From Methanomassiliicoccales archaeon (GTDB taxonomy: Archaea > Thermoplasmatota > Thermoplasmata > SG8-5), in NCBI GenBank assembly GCA_030612505.1, contig JAUWNU010000002.1, positions 1 to 53,787 of the forward strand: a stretch of DNA of 53,787 nucleotides. Reading direction: 5' to 3'. Below the pieces are notes generated by a model. That model had not been told where the DNA came from. It saw only the letters and a list, made by a program, of their open reading frames with translations, and ran no database searches. The first letter of the stretch is position 1. The number at the start of each line of letters is the position of its first letter. Made by a program: the position numbers and the translations under genes. Positions 40,150 through 50,549 of the stretch are shown here, piece by piece.

Positions 40150-40599
40150 TTACCTCTTCAGCCTGTTAAAGAATTTACTCAGCTTGGTTCCTTTGGATAT
40201 GTGAACATATTCTTCCCATCTCTCCTGGGCTTTTGCATCCTCATCAGCGTCAAACCCATCCTCTGGAACTTCTTTCAGGCCCTGCAGTTCATCAGCATCC
40301 AGCCAGACCCCTCGGCATTTCAGGCAGACATCCACTTCTACGTCTTCTGCCTTCTCCAGGTCCATGAGATTTCTGCATCTGGGGCATATTAAGGGGCTGT
40401 GGGATTTGAGACCTATATCTTTCGTCAGGTAGTCAGTAACCTCTTTGTCCTTTATGAGCTTCTTCAGCTCTCCTCTATCCAGCCAGATACCATTGCATTT
40501 TGGGCAAATGTCTATTTCTATATTGGGGCCGAATATTTCCTCTTCCACAACTTTCATTTCCACCCAGCAGCGAGGGCATTCGATTTTCTCACTTGACAT
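40150..40599 (-). CDS. Tandem TFIIB-type zinc-finger protein
   Basis: Two CPRC…D-x-C-x-x-C-x-G-x-WLD-x-x-EL units. Confidence 0.88.
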   Translation of the reverse strand: MSSEKIECPRCWVEMKVVEEEIFGPNIEIDICPKCNGIWLDRGELKKLIKDKEVTDYLTKDIGLKSHSPLICPRCRNLMDLEKAEDVEVDVCLKCRGVWLDADELQGLKEVPEDGFDADEDAKAQERWEEYVHISKGTKLSKFFNRLKR

Positions 40600-40673
40600 G
40601 AGTGGGGGATGTGATGATATGATTAAGAAGTTTGTGGAATAATTTCATTAAATGCAAATGCTTCATAGGCGCA

Positions 40674-41261
40674 ATGGAGATTACCGAAACCTTGTATGTC
40701 AAAACCCGTAAGGAATTTCGCACATGGCTGAAAAAGAACCACGCCGCAAAAAAAGAAATCTGGCTTATTTACTACAAGAAACACACTAGCAAGCCAAGAA
40801 TTCCCTATGATGATGCAGTTGAGGAGGCCATTTGCTATGGGTGGATTGACAGCACTGTGAAGAGAATTGATGAGGAAAAGTACTGCCAGCGTTATACTCC
40901 CAGAAACAAAAAAAGTCAATGGTCTGCTCCAAATATTAAACGCTTAAAAATAATGCTGGACGCTAATAAAATGACTCAAGCTGGCCTGGAGAAAGTGCCA
41001 GATATAGTAATGGAAGCTGCCAGGACCGGAAATATCCAGCAAGTTGCGCCAATGATTCCAGATGACCTTGAACCGCCTGAAGAACTTTTGAAGGCACTGG
41101 CAGCCAATAAATTAGCACAGAAGAACTGGGATGATTTTACACAGTCCCGTCGCAAACAAATTATATGGTGGATAATGGATGCCAAGCGTGCTGAAACTGT
41201 GGAACGCCGTATTATCAAGGCAGTTCAGCTTGCCGAAGAAAATGTGAGAATCGCAATGTGA
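40674..41261 (+). CDS. YdeI/OmpD-associated family protein
   Basis: AVEEAICYGWIDS, YTPRNKKSQWS, AKRAETVERRI. Confidence 0.9.
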   Translation: MEITETLYVKTRKEFRTWLKKNHAAKKEIWLIYYKKHTSKPRIPYDDAVEEAICYGWIDSTVKRIDEEKYCQRYTPRNKKSQWSAPNIKRLKIMLDANKMTQAGLEKVPDIVMEAARTGNIQQVAPMIPDDLEPPEELLKALAANKLAQKNWDDFTQSRRKQIIWWIMDAKRAETVERRIIKAVQLAEENVRIAM

Positions 41262-41265
41262 TATT

Positions 41266-43437
41266 ATGAAATTTCAGATGCCTGGCCTTATTGGCCGGAA
41301 GGAGGAGATGAAAACTCTAAACAATGCTCTGAGCCAGGCAGCCCAGGGTAAGGGCAGCACAATCATGCCATTGATAGGCCTGGAGAATAAGGGACTTGGG
41401 GAAATGCTGGACGAGATTTATCCTGGGCATTCATTCCCTGCCTCATTCACCAGCCAGATAATTCAACAATGCGATGGCAATCCATTTTTCTTTCTTGAAT
41501 TACTGCGGCAGATCTGGGTGGACGGAAATGTAATCCAAGAGAATGGCAAGTTCAGCCTGGTTGACCATACTTATGCGGTACCTGCCTCGATTGAGGATAT
41601 TATTTTGAAGAGACTGGCTAGTCTGGATTCACAGGCAATGTCCCTGGCAGAATATTCTTCCTGCATTGGAAGGACATTCAGGCGTGAAGAGGCAATGTCT
41701 ATTGAAAGTGTTAGGGAACCGGAAATAACCATTCAAAAATTAATTGACAGTGGAATAGTCCTGTCAAATAATGGAACAATAGAGTTCAGCCATGCAATAT
41801 TTCAGGATGTGATATATTCTGGAATAACTGGACGATGGAAAATGGCCTATCACAAACATCTTGGAGAATTCTACGAATCAAGTTTTGAGGAGCGTCCTTC
41901 GGAAGTTATCTATCAACTGGCTAGACATTTCTTCAGAAGCAGGGAGCATGATAAGGCATTCAAGTACTGCATTGGTGCCGGAGAGAAGGCAGAAAGTGCA
42001 TTTGCAGCCGAACAGGCACTTAATTTTTACAATGATGCTTATTCACTAATTTCGAAGCTCAGGGATGCTGGCAAGATAGCAGATGCAGAAAAATTCCTTC
42101 CTGTACGGCTGGGAGACCTTCTTAATTTCACAGGTCAACTTGACAATGCTCTTGAGAATTATGAGCTGGCACTCACAAAGGAAAATGATGCCAGGAAGAA
42201 GGCATCAATTTTTAGAAAGATTGCCGAGGTTAATTATCGCAGGGGAGAATACGAAAAAAGTCGCAGGGCAAGCGATTCTGGCCTTGAAATTCTGGATGGC
42301 CAGATATGCGTGGAAGCCGAAAAACTTTACAGCACCCTTGGCTGGACTTACATAAGAACTGGCAGGCATGTGGAAGCCCTTGAGCTCCTAAAAAAAGGTC
42401 TTGAAATTGCCACTGAATGTGATGATAAGGAAGGCATAGCCAGTGTTGAACATAATATGGGGAGTGTCATGCTGCATAAGGGCCAGTATGAGAAAGCTAT
42501 AGCTCATTTTGATAAGGCACTAGCCATCCGTGAGGAAATTAATGATGTCTGGCATAAATCATCAAGTTTGAACAATCTGGGAAACAGTTACATGGGCCTG
42601 GGGGACATGATGAAGGCCCTGGAATACTATGAAATGAGCGTTGAGAATTCCCGAACCATTGGGGATAATCGTGCTCTTTCCATATCACTTACAAACATGG
42701 GCAATGTTCTTGCCTGCCTGGGAGACCTAAATAAGGCAATGGACCATTATGTCCAGAGTCATGAATTGAAGGTGAAATTTGACGATAAGTGGGGTATCAG
42801 CACAATTCTGGAGAATATTGGCACATTGCATTTCGCCTTCGGAGATATGGATAAGGCCCTTGAGTATTATCAAGAAAGCCTTGCCATAAGAGAGAAAATA
42901 AATGATGTGTCTGGAGTATCTTTATCTCATATCAATATTGGAGAAACATATCATTACACCGATGAGCCTGCAAAGGCATATGAACATTATACCCAGGCAA
43001 TTGAGATTGCCACGGAAATTGACGAAAAATGGCTTGTGATAGTTGCAAATTATCGGATTGCTGAGTCATTGCTAGCTCTGGGAAAGATGGAAGATGCCCA
43101 CAAGTATGCAAACCTCGCACTGGAAACATCCATTGAAACCAATTCAAAATCCGAGGAGGCCAGGAGCCGCCAGGTACTTGCAAACATTCACAAAGTTGAG
43201 GGGAATTATGAACTTGCCCTTGCAGAGTTTGACCGGGCCAGGATCATTTATGACGAAACCCTGGAAAAGGGAGAGCAGGCCAAAATAGTCTATGACTATG
43301 GATTACTGCATCTGGAAATGGGCGAAGTTGATACTGCAAAGCAAGAATTAAATCAGGCCCTGAAGCTCTTTCATGAGGCTGGCGGGAAGTTCTTTGCCGA
43401 TAAATGCCAGAAGACGCTTGATGAACTGAAAAATTAA
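41266..43437 (+). CDS. TPR-repeat protein with remnant of a STAND/AAA-type NTPase N-terminus
   Basis: LIGRKEE start, GNPFF, FSHAIFQD, many TPRs; no Walker A/B. Confidence 0.85.
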   Translation: MKFQMPGLIGRKEEMKTLNNALSQAAQGKGSTIMPLIGLENKGLGEMLDEIYPGHSFPASFTSQIIQQCDGNPFFFLELLRQIWVDGNVIQENGKFSLVDHTYAVPASIEDIILKRLASLDSQAMSLAEYSSCIGRTFRREEAMSIESVREPEITIQKLIDSGIVLSNNGTIEFSHAIFQDVIYSGITGRWKMAYHKHLGEFYESSFEERPSEVIYQLARHFFRSREHDKAFKYCIGAGEKAESAFAAEQALNFYNDAYSLISKLRDAGKIADAEKFLPVRLGDLLNFTGQLDNALENYELALTKENDARKKASIFRKIAEVNYRRGEYEKSRRASDSGLEILDGQICVEAEKLYSTLGWTYIRTGRHVEALELLKKGLEIATECDDKEGIASVEHNMGSVMLHKGQYEKAIAHFDKALAIREEINDVWHKSSSLNNLGNSYMGLGDMMKALEYYEMSVENSRTIGDNRALSISLTNMGNVLACLGDLNKAMDHYVQSHELKVKFDDKWGISTILENIGTLHFAFGDMDKALEYYQESLAIREKINDVSGVSLSHINIGETYHYTDEPAKAYEHYTQAIEIATEIDEKWLVIVANYRIAESLLALGKMEDAHKYANLALETSIETNSKSEEARSRQVLANIHKVEGNYELALAEFDRARIIYDETLEKGEQAKIVYDYGLLHLEMGEVDTAKQELNQALKLFHEAGGKFFADKCQKTLDELKN

Positions 43438-43447
43438 ATGTGAGGGT

Positions 43448-44131
43448 ATGAATAAAAATAATATTATAAAAAAGATTAAATCTTTAAAAAGCCAGAAGAA
43501 CATAGACGGCATGGCCAGGTTCGGAATTAATCCCCGAAATAATTACGGTGTTTCAATTTCAGTTCTAAGGCCCATGGGCAAGGAAATTGGCAAGAACCAT
43601 GAACTTGCCATGGAATTGTGGGATACAGATATTCATGATGCAAGATTACTGGCAACTGTCATAGGTGAGCCCGAGAAACTTACCGAGACCCAGATGGAAA
43701 AGATGGTAAAGGATTTTGACTCCTGGGATATTTGCGATGGAGTATGTTCCGGTCTATTCCGACATCATCCCCTGGCCTATGAAAAAGCAATTGAATGGAG
43801 TACCAGAGAGCCAGAGTTTGAAAAACGGACTGCATTTTCCCTCATGGCCACACTTGTGGTTATCGATAAAAAAGCATCAGACTCGAAGTTTGAGCAATTT
43901 CTCCCAATCATAAAAAGAGAAGCTATTGATGAAAGAAATTATGTTAAAAAAGCAGTAAACTGGGCCCTTCGTGGCATTGGAAAACGCAATCTGGCCTTGA
44001 ACAAAAAGGCATTGAAGGTCGCAAAACAATTGCAGAAGTCAAAGTCAAAATCAGCTAGATGGGTGGGAAATGATGCTGTTCGAGAACTGGAAAGTGAAAA
44101 GGTTCAGGAAAGGCTGGTCAGTAAGAAATAA
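43448..44131 (+). CDS. DNA alkylation repair protein (AlkD-like)
   Basis: DFDSWDICD, DERNYVKKAVNWALRGIGKRN. Confidence 0.9.
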   Translation: MNKNNIIKKIKSLKSQKNIDGMARFGINPRNNYGVSISVLRPMGKEIGKNHELAMELWDTDIHDARLLATVIGEPEKLTETQMEKMVKDFDSWDICDGVCSGLFRHHPLAYEKAIEWSTREPEFEKRTAFSLMATLVVIDKKASDSKFEQFLPIIKREAIDERNYVKKAVNWALRGIGKRNLALNKKALKVAKQLQKSKSKSARWVGNDAVRELESEKVQERLVSKK

Positions 44132-44133
44132 TA

Positions 44134-46164
44134 CTATCTGGCAGAATAGAATTCCTTCAATTCCCTTTTCAAATTATCCGGGCGTTTAATTTTTATCTCC
44201 TTCGGAAAATAGCTACGGTACTTCCCATCGCCATATCTCAGGTCCATGAGCATAACAACAGCTCTATCGGTTTCCGAACGAATGCATCTGCCCATGCCCT
44301 GCATAACTTTGTTCATTGCCGGCGAGGTATAGCCATATTCTTTCCCTTTGCCAAGGCCGAATTTCCTGTCGTAATAATATTCAAGCTGTGTTTGCTCAAG
44401 TGATGGGGGAGCCAGTGGCAGTCCCACAATAATGACACAGCCCAGAAGATTATCCCTGTAATCGATTCCCTCGGAAAGTGAGCCAGCCATTACTCCCAGG
44501 AGCATTCCGCCGCCCATGAACTGCAGCTTTCTCAGATGCCGGAGCATTGATTCCTTCTCACCTTTGCTGGACTTTCTTGTCTCCACAAGCAATTCCTTGG
44601 AGCAACCTAGTTCTTCTATTGCCTGAACTACCTCCCATTGAATATTGTATGAGGGAAAGAAAACCGCTATGTTTCCTGAGACCTCATCTGAAGCAGTTTT
44701 AATATTTTTAGCTATTTTCATGTACATCTCTTTGGAACGTTGCCTGTAAAGCGTGCTGACATCGGTGATTGCATAGACTGGCCTGTTCTCCGGCGGAAAC
44801 GGGCTTCGATAATTCCCAAGAATGCTGTCCTTGCCAGTCAAGCCAAGAATATCAGCATACATCTTTGTTGGATGCAATGTGCCGCTCATGAGGATGCTGG
44901 CATACGCGTCATTGAATATCTTGGCACTGACACCCGACGGGTCAAGTAACCTGAAAAAAATCTTTGATTTATCCTTGCGGCTGATAACCCGGATCATGCT
45001 GGGATGCTCCATAATGAACCCTTCAATGAAGCGGCTCAGGTCAAAGGCTGCACTTGATGTGCCATCAGCAAGCTTCTTATCTCCGATAATCATTAATTTC
45101 TTGACAAAATCGTCAATATTACATTTTCCATCAAGTGTCTGGCTCAGTGAATTTTCAATAATAAAAACAAAATCATCCTGCAATATCAGCATTTCATTAC
45201 CATCCTCAACCCTGTCAAGCAATTTGCCAAGGCCAGTTCTTATGAGGGAAATCTGCCGCACCATGACCTTGTCCCTTCGGGCCTCGGACATTGCCTCTTC
45301 CAGGCGATTAACAGTCATTTCCATGCTATTGTGTGAACGAATTCTATCAGGCAAATTATGAGCTTCATCAACAATTATTATGCAATCTTTCAGTTCCAAT
45401 TCCAGCATTTTCAGCATTGTGGCGCTTACATGGCTGTAAAACACATAATTATAATCACAGATTATGATATTCGCACCGGCTCCGGCCTCAACCGCTGCCC
45501 TGTGTGGACAAACTCCAGAACTGGAAGCCAATCCTTTTAATTCATCCACATGCAAAATACTGGTTCTTATCTTCCTGTCCAGTCCATTTACTTTTGTGGT
45601 GTGGTATCTGCATGTCTTATTTTTCTGCTCTATCCGGCAGAGTGCATTAAAAACAACATGATATTCTGAGGAAATATCCCTGGGACACATGTCCTGTTTG
45701 TTCACAATGTCCACGGCAGTAATCTTGGTGCCGTACCTGGCCTTGATCAGACGAATAGTCTCAATGGCTATCTTGTGCTGCGACTGTTTTGAAGTGAGGA
45801 ATAATATTTTCTTGCCGGTTTCAAGGGCCATTTCAATTGCTGGAACCAGAACCCCCACGGTTTTTCCTATGCCAGTTGGCGCATAGGCCACTAAAGTTTT
45901 CCTTTCCTCAATTGCCAGGGCAACATCTTCTATGAACTGTTTCTGGCCGTCACGAATATTCTCATAGGGAAAATAAGGAATTTTAGTAGGCGAACTTTTC
46001 CACTCTTTCAGGTCTTCAAATTCATTTTCCGGAGTATAGGTCTTGAAAGCACTGGCATCCTTACATCTGGGGCAGTAGGTTTCGAATTTACCTTTAACCT
46101 TTTTCTTGCGGAGCATCCCATTGCACTTGTCGCAGAACATTCTAACAGGCCTGGAAATGAACAT
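44134..46164 (-). CDS. xpd: XPD/Rad3-family Fe-S DNA helicase with N-terminal Zn-finger
   Basis: APTGIGKT, Fe-S cysteines, DEAH, SGTL, EGIDY, QGMGRCIRSETD; the start may be 46140. Confidence 0.93.
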   Translation of the reverse strand: MFISRPVRMFCDKCNGMLRKKKVKGKFETYCPRCKDASAFKTYTPENEFEDLKEWKSSPTKIPYFPYENIRDGQKQFIEDVALAIEERKTLVAYAPTGIGKTVGVLVPAIEMALETGKKILFLTSKQSQHKIAIETIRLIKARYGTKITAVDIVNKQDMCPRDISSEYHVVFNALCRIEQKNKTCRYHTTKVNGLDRKIRTSILHVDELKGLASSSGVCPHRAAVEAGAGANIIICDYNYVFYSHVSATMLKMLELELKDCIIIVDEAHNLPDRIRSHNSMEMTVNRLEEAMSEARRDKVMVRQISLIRTGLGKLLDRVEDGNEMLILQDDFVFIIENSLSQTLDGKCNIDDFVKKLMIIGDKKLADGTSSAAFDLSRFIEGFIMEHPSMIRVISRKDKSKIFFRLLDPSGVSAKIFNDAYASILMSGTLHPTKMYADILGLTGKDSILGNYRSPFPPENRPVYAITDVSTLYRQRSKEMYMKIAKNIKTASDEVSGNIAVFFPSYNIQWEVVQAIEELGCSKELLVETRKSSKGEKESMLRHLRKLQFMGGGMLLGVMAGSLSEGIDYRDNLLGCVIIVGLPLAPPSLEQTQLEYYYDRKFGLGKGKEYGYTSPAMNKVMQGMGRCIRSETDRAVVMLMDLRYGDGKYRSYFPKEIKIKRPDNLKRELKEFYSAR

Positions 46165-46197
46165 TGGTACATAAAGGGTAGGTGGGGGTTAACGAAA

Positions 46198-46809
46198 CTA
46201 AACCTTTCCCCAAATAAACTTCTGCGCCCCTGCATCTGGAACCGTGGCAATGTATGCGTACAATCTTTCTTTTCTAATATCCTCAATCTCCAGAATCGAT
46301 TGAGTAAATTCCAATGCGTCATAAAATCTTGATGTAAGTTGTTGAATATGTGCATCATCTGCCCTTCTTGAGCTGGTGATTATTGCCACAAAGACCTTTA
46401 CCGGGTTCCGGCCTTCCAACATTAGTAACTTCGTAAGGTCTTGGGCAACTGCCCTGGTATTGTAGAGTTCCGGGCCTTTCCATTCTATGTGAATTCTCGG
46501 CCTGTCCTTGATAACATAATCGAACTTTCCCCGCACTCCGCGGTCCAGCGCCAGCTTCTGCGTGGTCTTTGGCCGATTGAGGTTGAACTCCCTCCAGGAA
46601 TAGGCCGCATTTGTGGGGTGTTCTGGAACCAGTATCAGATCCTTCCAGGGGTCGATTCTTTGCTTTGTGTAATGCCTGGTTGCCAGTGCTGAAAATTGAT
46701 GGTGAAAGAATTGCTCATTTAAGATATGGCGTCGGTCACCGTTTTTAACTATTTTCTCAGTCCTGGTCAGGATATTGCTGAATATTGATTCTAATTCGCT
46801 AATCTTCAT
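46198..46809 (-). CDS. Hypothetical protein, possible PD-(D/E)XK nuclease fold
   Basis: NEQFF…GKFDYVI…IHIEWK…DLTKL. Confidence 0.55.
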   Translation of the reverse strand: MKISELESIFSNILTRTEKIVKNGDRRHILNEQFFHHQFSALATRHYTKQRIDPWKDLILVPEHPTNAAYSWREFNLNRPKTTQKLALDRGVRGKFDYVIKDRPRIHIEWKGPELYNTRAVAQDLTKLLMLEGRNPVKVFVAIITSSRRADDAHIQQLTSRFYDALEFTQSILEIEDIRKERLYAYIATVPDAGAQKFIWGKV

Positions 46810-46872
46810 GTCTGCACCAACTGAGAATGTGCATAGGAATAGAAATAAATGCCGCTTTACCTATTATGTACT

Positions 46873-47478
46873 ATGGTCATTGAGCAGATTCTTGTGGGAC
46901 ATGACAATTTTAGCTATCTAATATACTGCCAGGAAACAAAGCTGGCTGCCCTTGTTGACCCAGGGAGCAATGCCTCCAAGGCAATGGGTCGGATAGGCCA
47001 TAAGGGTCTTGACATGAAATACATAATCAATACCCATCATCATATGGACCACACTGCAGAGAACAGCAGGGTGAAGCAGGCCTACAAATGTGGAATTATT
47101 GCCTCTGACCTGGAAAAAACAATGTCCTATGACACGCCAGTGGAAGACGGAGAAACAATGAACCTGGGCAATGTGAGCATGAAATTCCTGCAAACTCCTG
47201 GCCATACTCCCGGCTGCCTGTGCATCATTGTTGATGGGAAATTTATACTAACCGGCGATACTCTGTTCATTGGTGACTGCGGCAGAACCGATCTTCCAGG
47301 TGGCAGTAATAAGCAGATGTTTGCCTCACTCCAGATGCTCAAGTCCCTGCCTGATGAACTGATAGTTTACCCGGGACATGATTATGGCAATAAGCCCTAT
47401 GACTCTCTGGGAAATCAGAAGCTGACAAATAAAACGCTCCTGGCAAAAAATCTGGATGCATTTTCAGTGATTCCTTGA
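46873..47478 (+). CDS. Glyoxalase-II-like MBL hydrolase
   Basis: THHHMDH, TPGHTPG, TGDTLFIGDCGR, YPGHDY. Confidence 0.93.
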   Translation: MVIEQILVGHDNFSYLIYCQETKLAALVDPGSNASKAMGRIGHKGLDMKYIINTHHHMDHTAENSRVKQAYKCGIIASDLEKTMSYDTPVEDGETMNLGNVSMKFLQTPGHTPGCLCIIVDGKFILTGDTLFIGDCGRTDLPGGSNKQMFASLQMLKSLPDELIVYPGHDYGNKPYDSLGNQKLTNKTLLAKNLDAFSVIP

Positions 47479-47491
47479 TATGTTGAATCTC

Positions 47492-48115
47492 TTATTTTTT
47501 CTTACTATGAAGGTCTATGGCCCTTATGTTTGTCTCATACTGTTTTCTGGTAATCTTGCCGCTCTTTAATGCTTTCATTTGTTCACCTTTTTTCCTGGAT
47601 AGTTCAAGATTAGCTTCAATGATCTTTTTAGCATCTAGGACCTGTTGTTTTTCCTGTGCGACCTTGGCTTTGACCTTATCAAGTTTCTTTTGTTCTTTAA
47701 CCAAGTATTCCCTGTGCTCTATGTTTGACAAAAATGAAAGAGCAAATGCAGTTGACCTTGTCAATTTACCTTCCCATTTGCTTCGCACTATGCCTGTATA
47801 AATCATTACAAAGAATGAAAAGGGTCCAACTATACCTATGACGATTGCCATTGGAGAAGTTACATAGCTCATTCCATCGAAAAATGAATTAAATGAATTT
47901 ACATGCAAGTTTGCATATTGCTTCCCTGTTTCAATCGCAATAACAACCAGGCCCCAGAAGAAAATTATCTGCCACACAATGTTCCAGAATGCCCAAAAAT
48001 TAGCTTTTATAGCGTATTTCTTGATATCTTCCTTGTGGGTCTCGTACCTGGTAGCCTCTCTTTCATTCATTTCCAGGTTTTCCGCTATGGCTTCAACATC
48101 CTCAAAGTCGCCCAT
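47492..48115 (-). CDS. Two-TM membrane protein with C-terminal coiled coil
   Basis: Hydrophobic segments and a K/E-rich tail; GGTGA RBS. Confidence 0.7.
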   Translation of the reverse strand: MGDFEDVEAIAENLEMNEREATRYETHKEDIKKYAIKANFWAFWNIVWQIIFFWGLVVIAIETGKQYANLHVNSFNSFFDGMSYVTSPMAIVIGIVGPFSFFVMIYTGIVRSKWEGKLTRSTAFALSFLSNIEHREYLVKEQKKLDKVKAKVAQEKQQVLDAKKIIEANLELSRKKGEQMKALKSGKITRKQYETNIRAIDLHSKKK

Positions 48116-48227
48116 ATGATATCAGTCACCTATATGCTTGACATATCTAATACTTTTTCTGTGATTTTGCCTCTCAATCAATGGTTAAATTTATTAGTAA
48201 AAAACAGCATTCAACTTTGGTGATATA

Positions 48228-48720
48228 ATGGGAATCTTCAGCAAAAAAAAGGAAGAGAAGCAAAAAGATAAGGAAGTTGTTGCAAGTACCGGCGAAGTGA
48301 GGGCTCCCCACGCTAAAGCAGCGGCATCCCTTCCGTTATCTGATTGAATGACATGATTAGATTAATTATGTGGTCATTCAATCTTAATCAGGGATGCTTG
48401 TGCTTTGAGATGTGAGTCCTTTGACTGAACTATTCGTCGCCTTTCATCCGCAGACCTAAAGGTCGCGGCATTCAGGCGAGACATGTTCAGTAATCGAAGA
48501 TGCCGGAAAGAAGGTGGCCGAAGGTGCAAAACAAATAATCGATGATATGGAAGGCACACTTGATGGAGTTGGAGATCAGGTTGCTGATGCAGGAAAGAAG
48601 ATCATTGATGGTGCAGTAGAGATTGCAGGAGACATTAGCGAGGATTTGGGTGAAGCCGCTAACAAGGTTGAAGAGGTTGGAAAGAAGGTTATTGACAAGA
48701 CAAAAGAAGCTCTTGATTGA
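48228..48720 (+). pseudogene. Small amphipathic-repeat (LEA/apolipoprotein-like) gene interrupted by a MITE
   Basis: Removing 48297..48489 restores MGIFSKKKEE…STGE|VIEDAGKKVAEGAKQIIDD… in frame (99 aa). Confidence 0.8.
48297..48489 (-). mobile_element. 193-bp non-autonomous IS200/IS605-family element (MITE/PATE)
   Basis: On the minus strand it is inserted 3' of TTAC, has a left hairpin CCGCGACC-TTTA-GGTCTGCGG, a right hairpin followed by …GGGGAGCCCTCAC, and no clear target duplication. Confidence 0.85.
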
Positions 48721-48900
48721 GAAAAATAGCTTCTTTTAACTTATATTTTTAGCATACTAATTTGTTTTTCGTAATACTTTTCAGGGTTTTTGTACTTAAT
48801 GAAACAGCTAATTCACAAGAATTATCTTTATTGCCTAATTATTTGACTGTTAAAAATATGCGCATACGAAATTAAAAAACGTAATATTAAATGGAAAATT

Positions 48901-48924
48901 AATTGGGGCGGCTAAGCCCCAATT
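48901..48924. terminator. Hairpin directly downstream of the GTPase stop
   Basis: AATTGGGGC-GGCTAA-GCCCCAATT. Confidence 0.45.
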
Positions 48925-48926
48925 AT

Positions 48927-50243
48927 TTAGAAATCCTTCAGAACATCTTCCATGTCTGGTTTGGAAATCTCTTTTAGATTGTAATATACCCTGACAATTG
49001 GTTTGTTAACCGTCAGTACGCGGTTCAGGTCTATTGGAGTTCCTGCCAGGACAATGTCGCATGGTGTTGCGTCGATGCTTGTCTTCAGGTCTGCTATCTG
49101 TTGGTCAGAGTATCCCATTGCTGGAAGGAAGCTCTTTCCCTTCATGTGGGAATATTTCTCAAATGTATCCTTGATTTCTCCTACAACATATGGCAGTGGA
49201 TCAACTGTCTCGCCTGCTCCAAACTCCTTTGCTGCAACAGTTCCTGCGCCATAGGACATCTCACCATGTGTCAGTGTTGGGCCGTCCTCGATGACAAGCA
49301 CTTTCTTGCCCCTTATTGCTTCTGGGTCGTCAATGGAAACCGGGGATGCTGCCTGTACCACTATTGCATTGGGGTTGGCGAATTTCGCGTTTTTCAGTAC
49401 CTGCTCAACATCTTCTGGCTTGGCGGTATTGACCTTGTTCACAAGAATAACATCTGCCATTCTCAGGTTTACCTCGCCTGGGAAATATGCAAGCTCATGT
49501 CCGGGCCTGTGCGGGTCCACGATTGTGATATACAAATCCGGCTTGTAGAATGATGTGTCATTGTTTCCGCCGTCCCAGATGATTATGTCTGCCTCCTTTT
49601 CTGCCTCGGCCAGGATTGCTCCGTAGTCAACGCCAGCATAGACAACTATGCCCTTGTCGATGTGAGGTTCATACTCTTCGCGCTCCTCGATGGTGCATTC
49701 ATGTTTGTCCAAATCTTCGTAAGCAGCAAATCTTTGTACTGCCTGTTTTGCAAGGTCGCCGTAGGGCATAGGGTGGCGGATTGCAACTACTTTCTTGCCC
49801 TTTGCCTTGAGAATTTCAATGACCCTGCGAGTTGTCTGGCTCTTTCCACAGCCGGTCCTGACTGCGCAAATTGCGATTATTGGAACCTTGGACTTTATCA
49901 TTGTCCTTTCTGCGTCCAGCAAAATAAAATCCGCACCGTGAGCGTTCACAATTGCAGACTTGTTCATGACCACAGGATATGGTACATCGCTGTAGGAGAA
50001 TACAACCTCGTCAACATTGTGCTTCTTGATGAGGTCAACAAGTTCTGATTCGTCATGAATTGGAATTCCGCTTGGGTATAATTTTCCTGACAGGGATGGG
50101 GGATACATCCTGCCGTCAATATCTGGGATCTGTGCCGCGGTAAAAGCCACTACCTCATAATCCTCATTGTCCCGGTAAACCACATTGAAATTGTGGAAAT
50201 CCCTTCCAGCTGCGCCCATTATCAATACTTTTTTTCTTGCCAT
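48927..50243 (-). CDS. Cyclic 2,3-diphosphoglycerate synthetase-like P-loop GTPase
   Basis: GAAGRDFHNFN, AVRTGCGKS, RHPMPYG, WDGGNND, EDGPTLTHG. Confidence 0.88.
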   Translation of the reverse strand: MARKKVLIMGAAGRDFHNFNVVYRDNEDYEVVAFTAAQIPDIDGRMYPPSLSGKLYPSGIPIHDESELVDLIKKHNVDEVVFSYSDVPYPVVMNKSAIVNAHGADFILLDAERTMIKSKVPIIAICAVRTGCGKSQTTRRVIEILKAKGKKVVAIRHPMPYGDLAKQAVQRFAAYEDLDKHECTIEEREEYEPHIDKGIVVYAGVDYGAILAEAEKEADIIIWDGGNNDTSFYKPDLYITIVDPHRPGHELAYFPGEVNLRMADVILVNKVNTAKPEDVEQVLKNAKFANPNAIVVQAASPVSIDDPEAIRGKKVLVIEDGPTLTHGEMSYGAGTVAAKEFGAGETVDPLPYVVGEIKDTFEKYSHMKGKSFLPAMGYSDQQIADLKTSIDATPCDIVLAGTPIDLNRVLTVNKPIVRVYYNLKEISKPDMEDVLKDF

Positions 50244-50549
50244 ACGCTCACCTCTAATATCGTGATGTGGCGGGGATAATGCTCGACCTTTATGAATTTA
50301 ACCACTGAACCCCGGTTTTAGTATTGAAAAATCTGATTTTGTGAGATTATAAGAGTGCTGGCTATGCGAAAGTAAAAAAAAGCTATGTTTGCGAACCTCC
50401 ATTATCTATATACACTATTATAATCTAATACTAAAGCAAATAAGAAAAAAAAGGGGGAGGTTAATCTTGAGTTTTCTTGTTCTGCAGTATTTCAAAGCCC
50501 CTTTGATCTTTGAAACGCTACACTTTTTTGGGCTAAGGTTCAAGCGAAC

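Noticed and set aside
48514..48720. Independent 68-aa gene
   Set aside because: Better explained as the 3' part of the MITE-interrupted gene starting at 48228.
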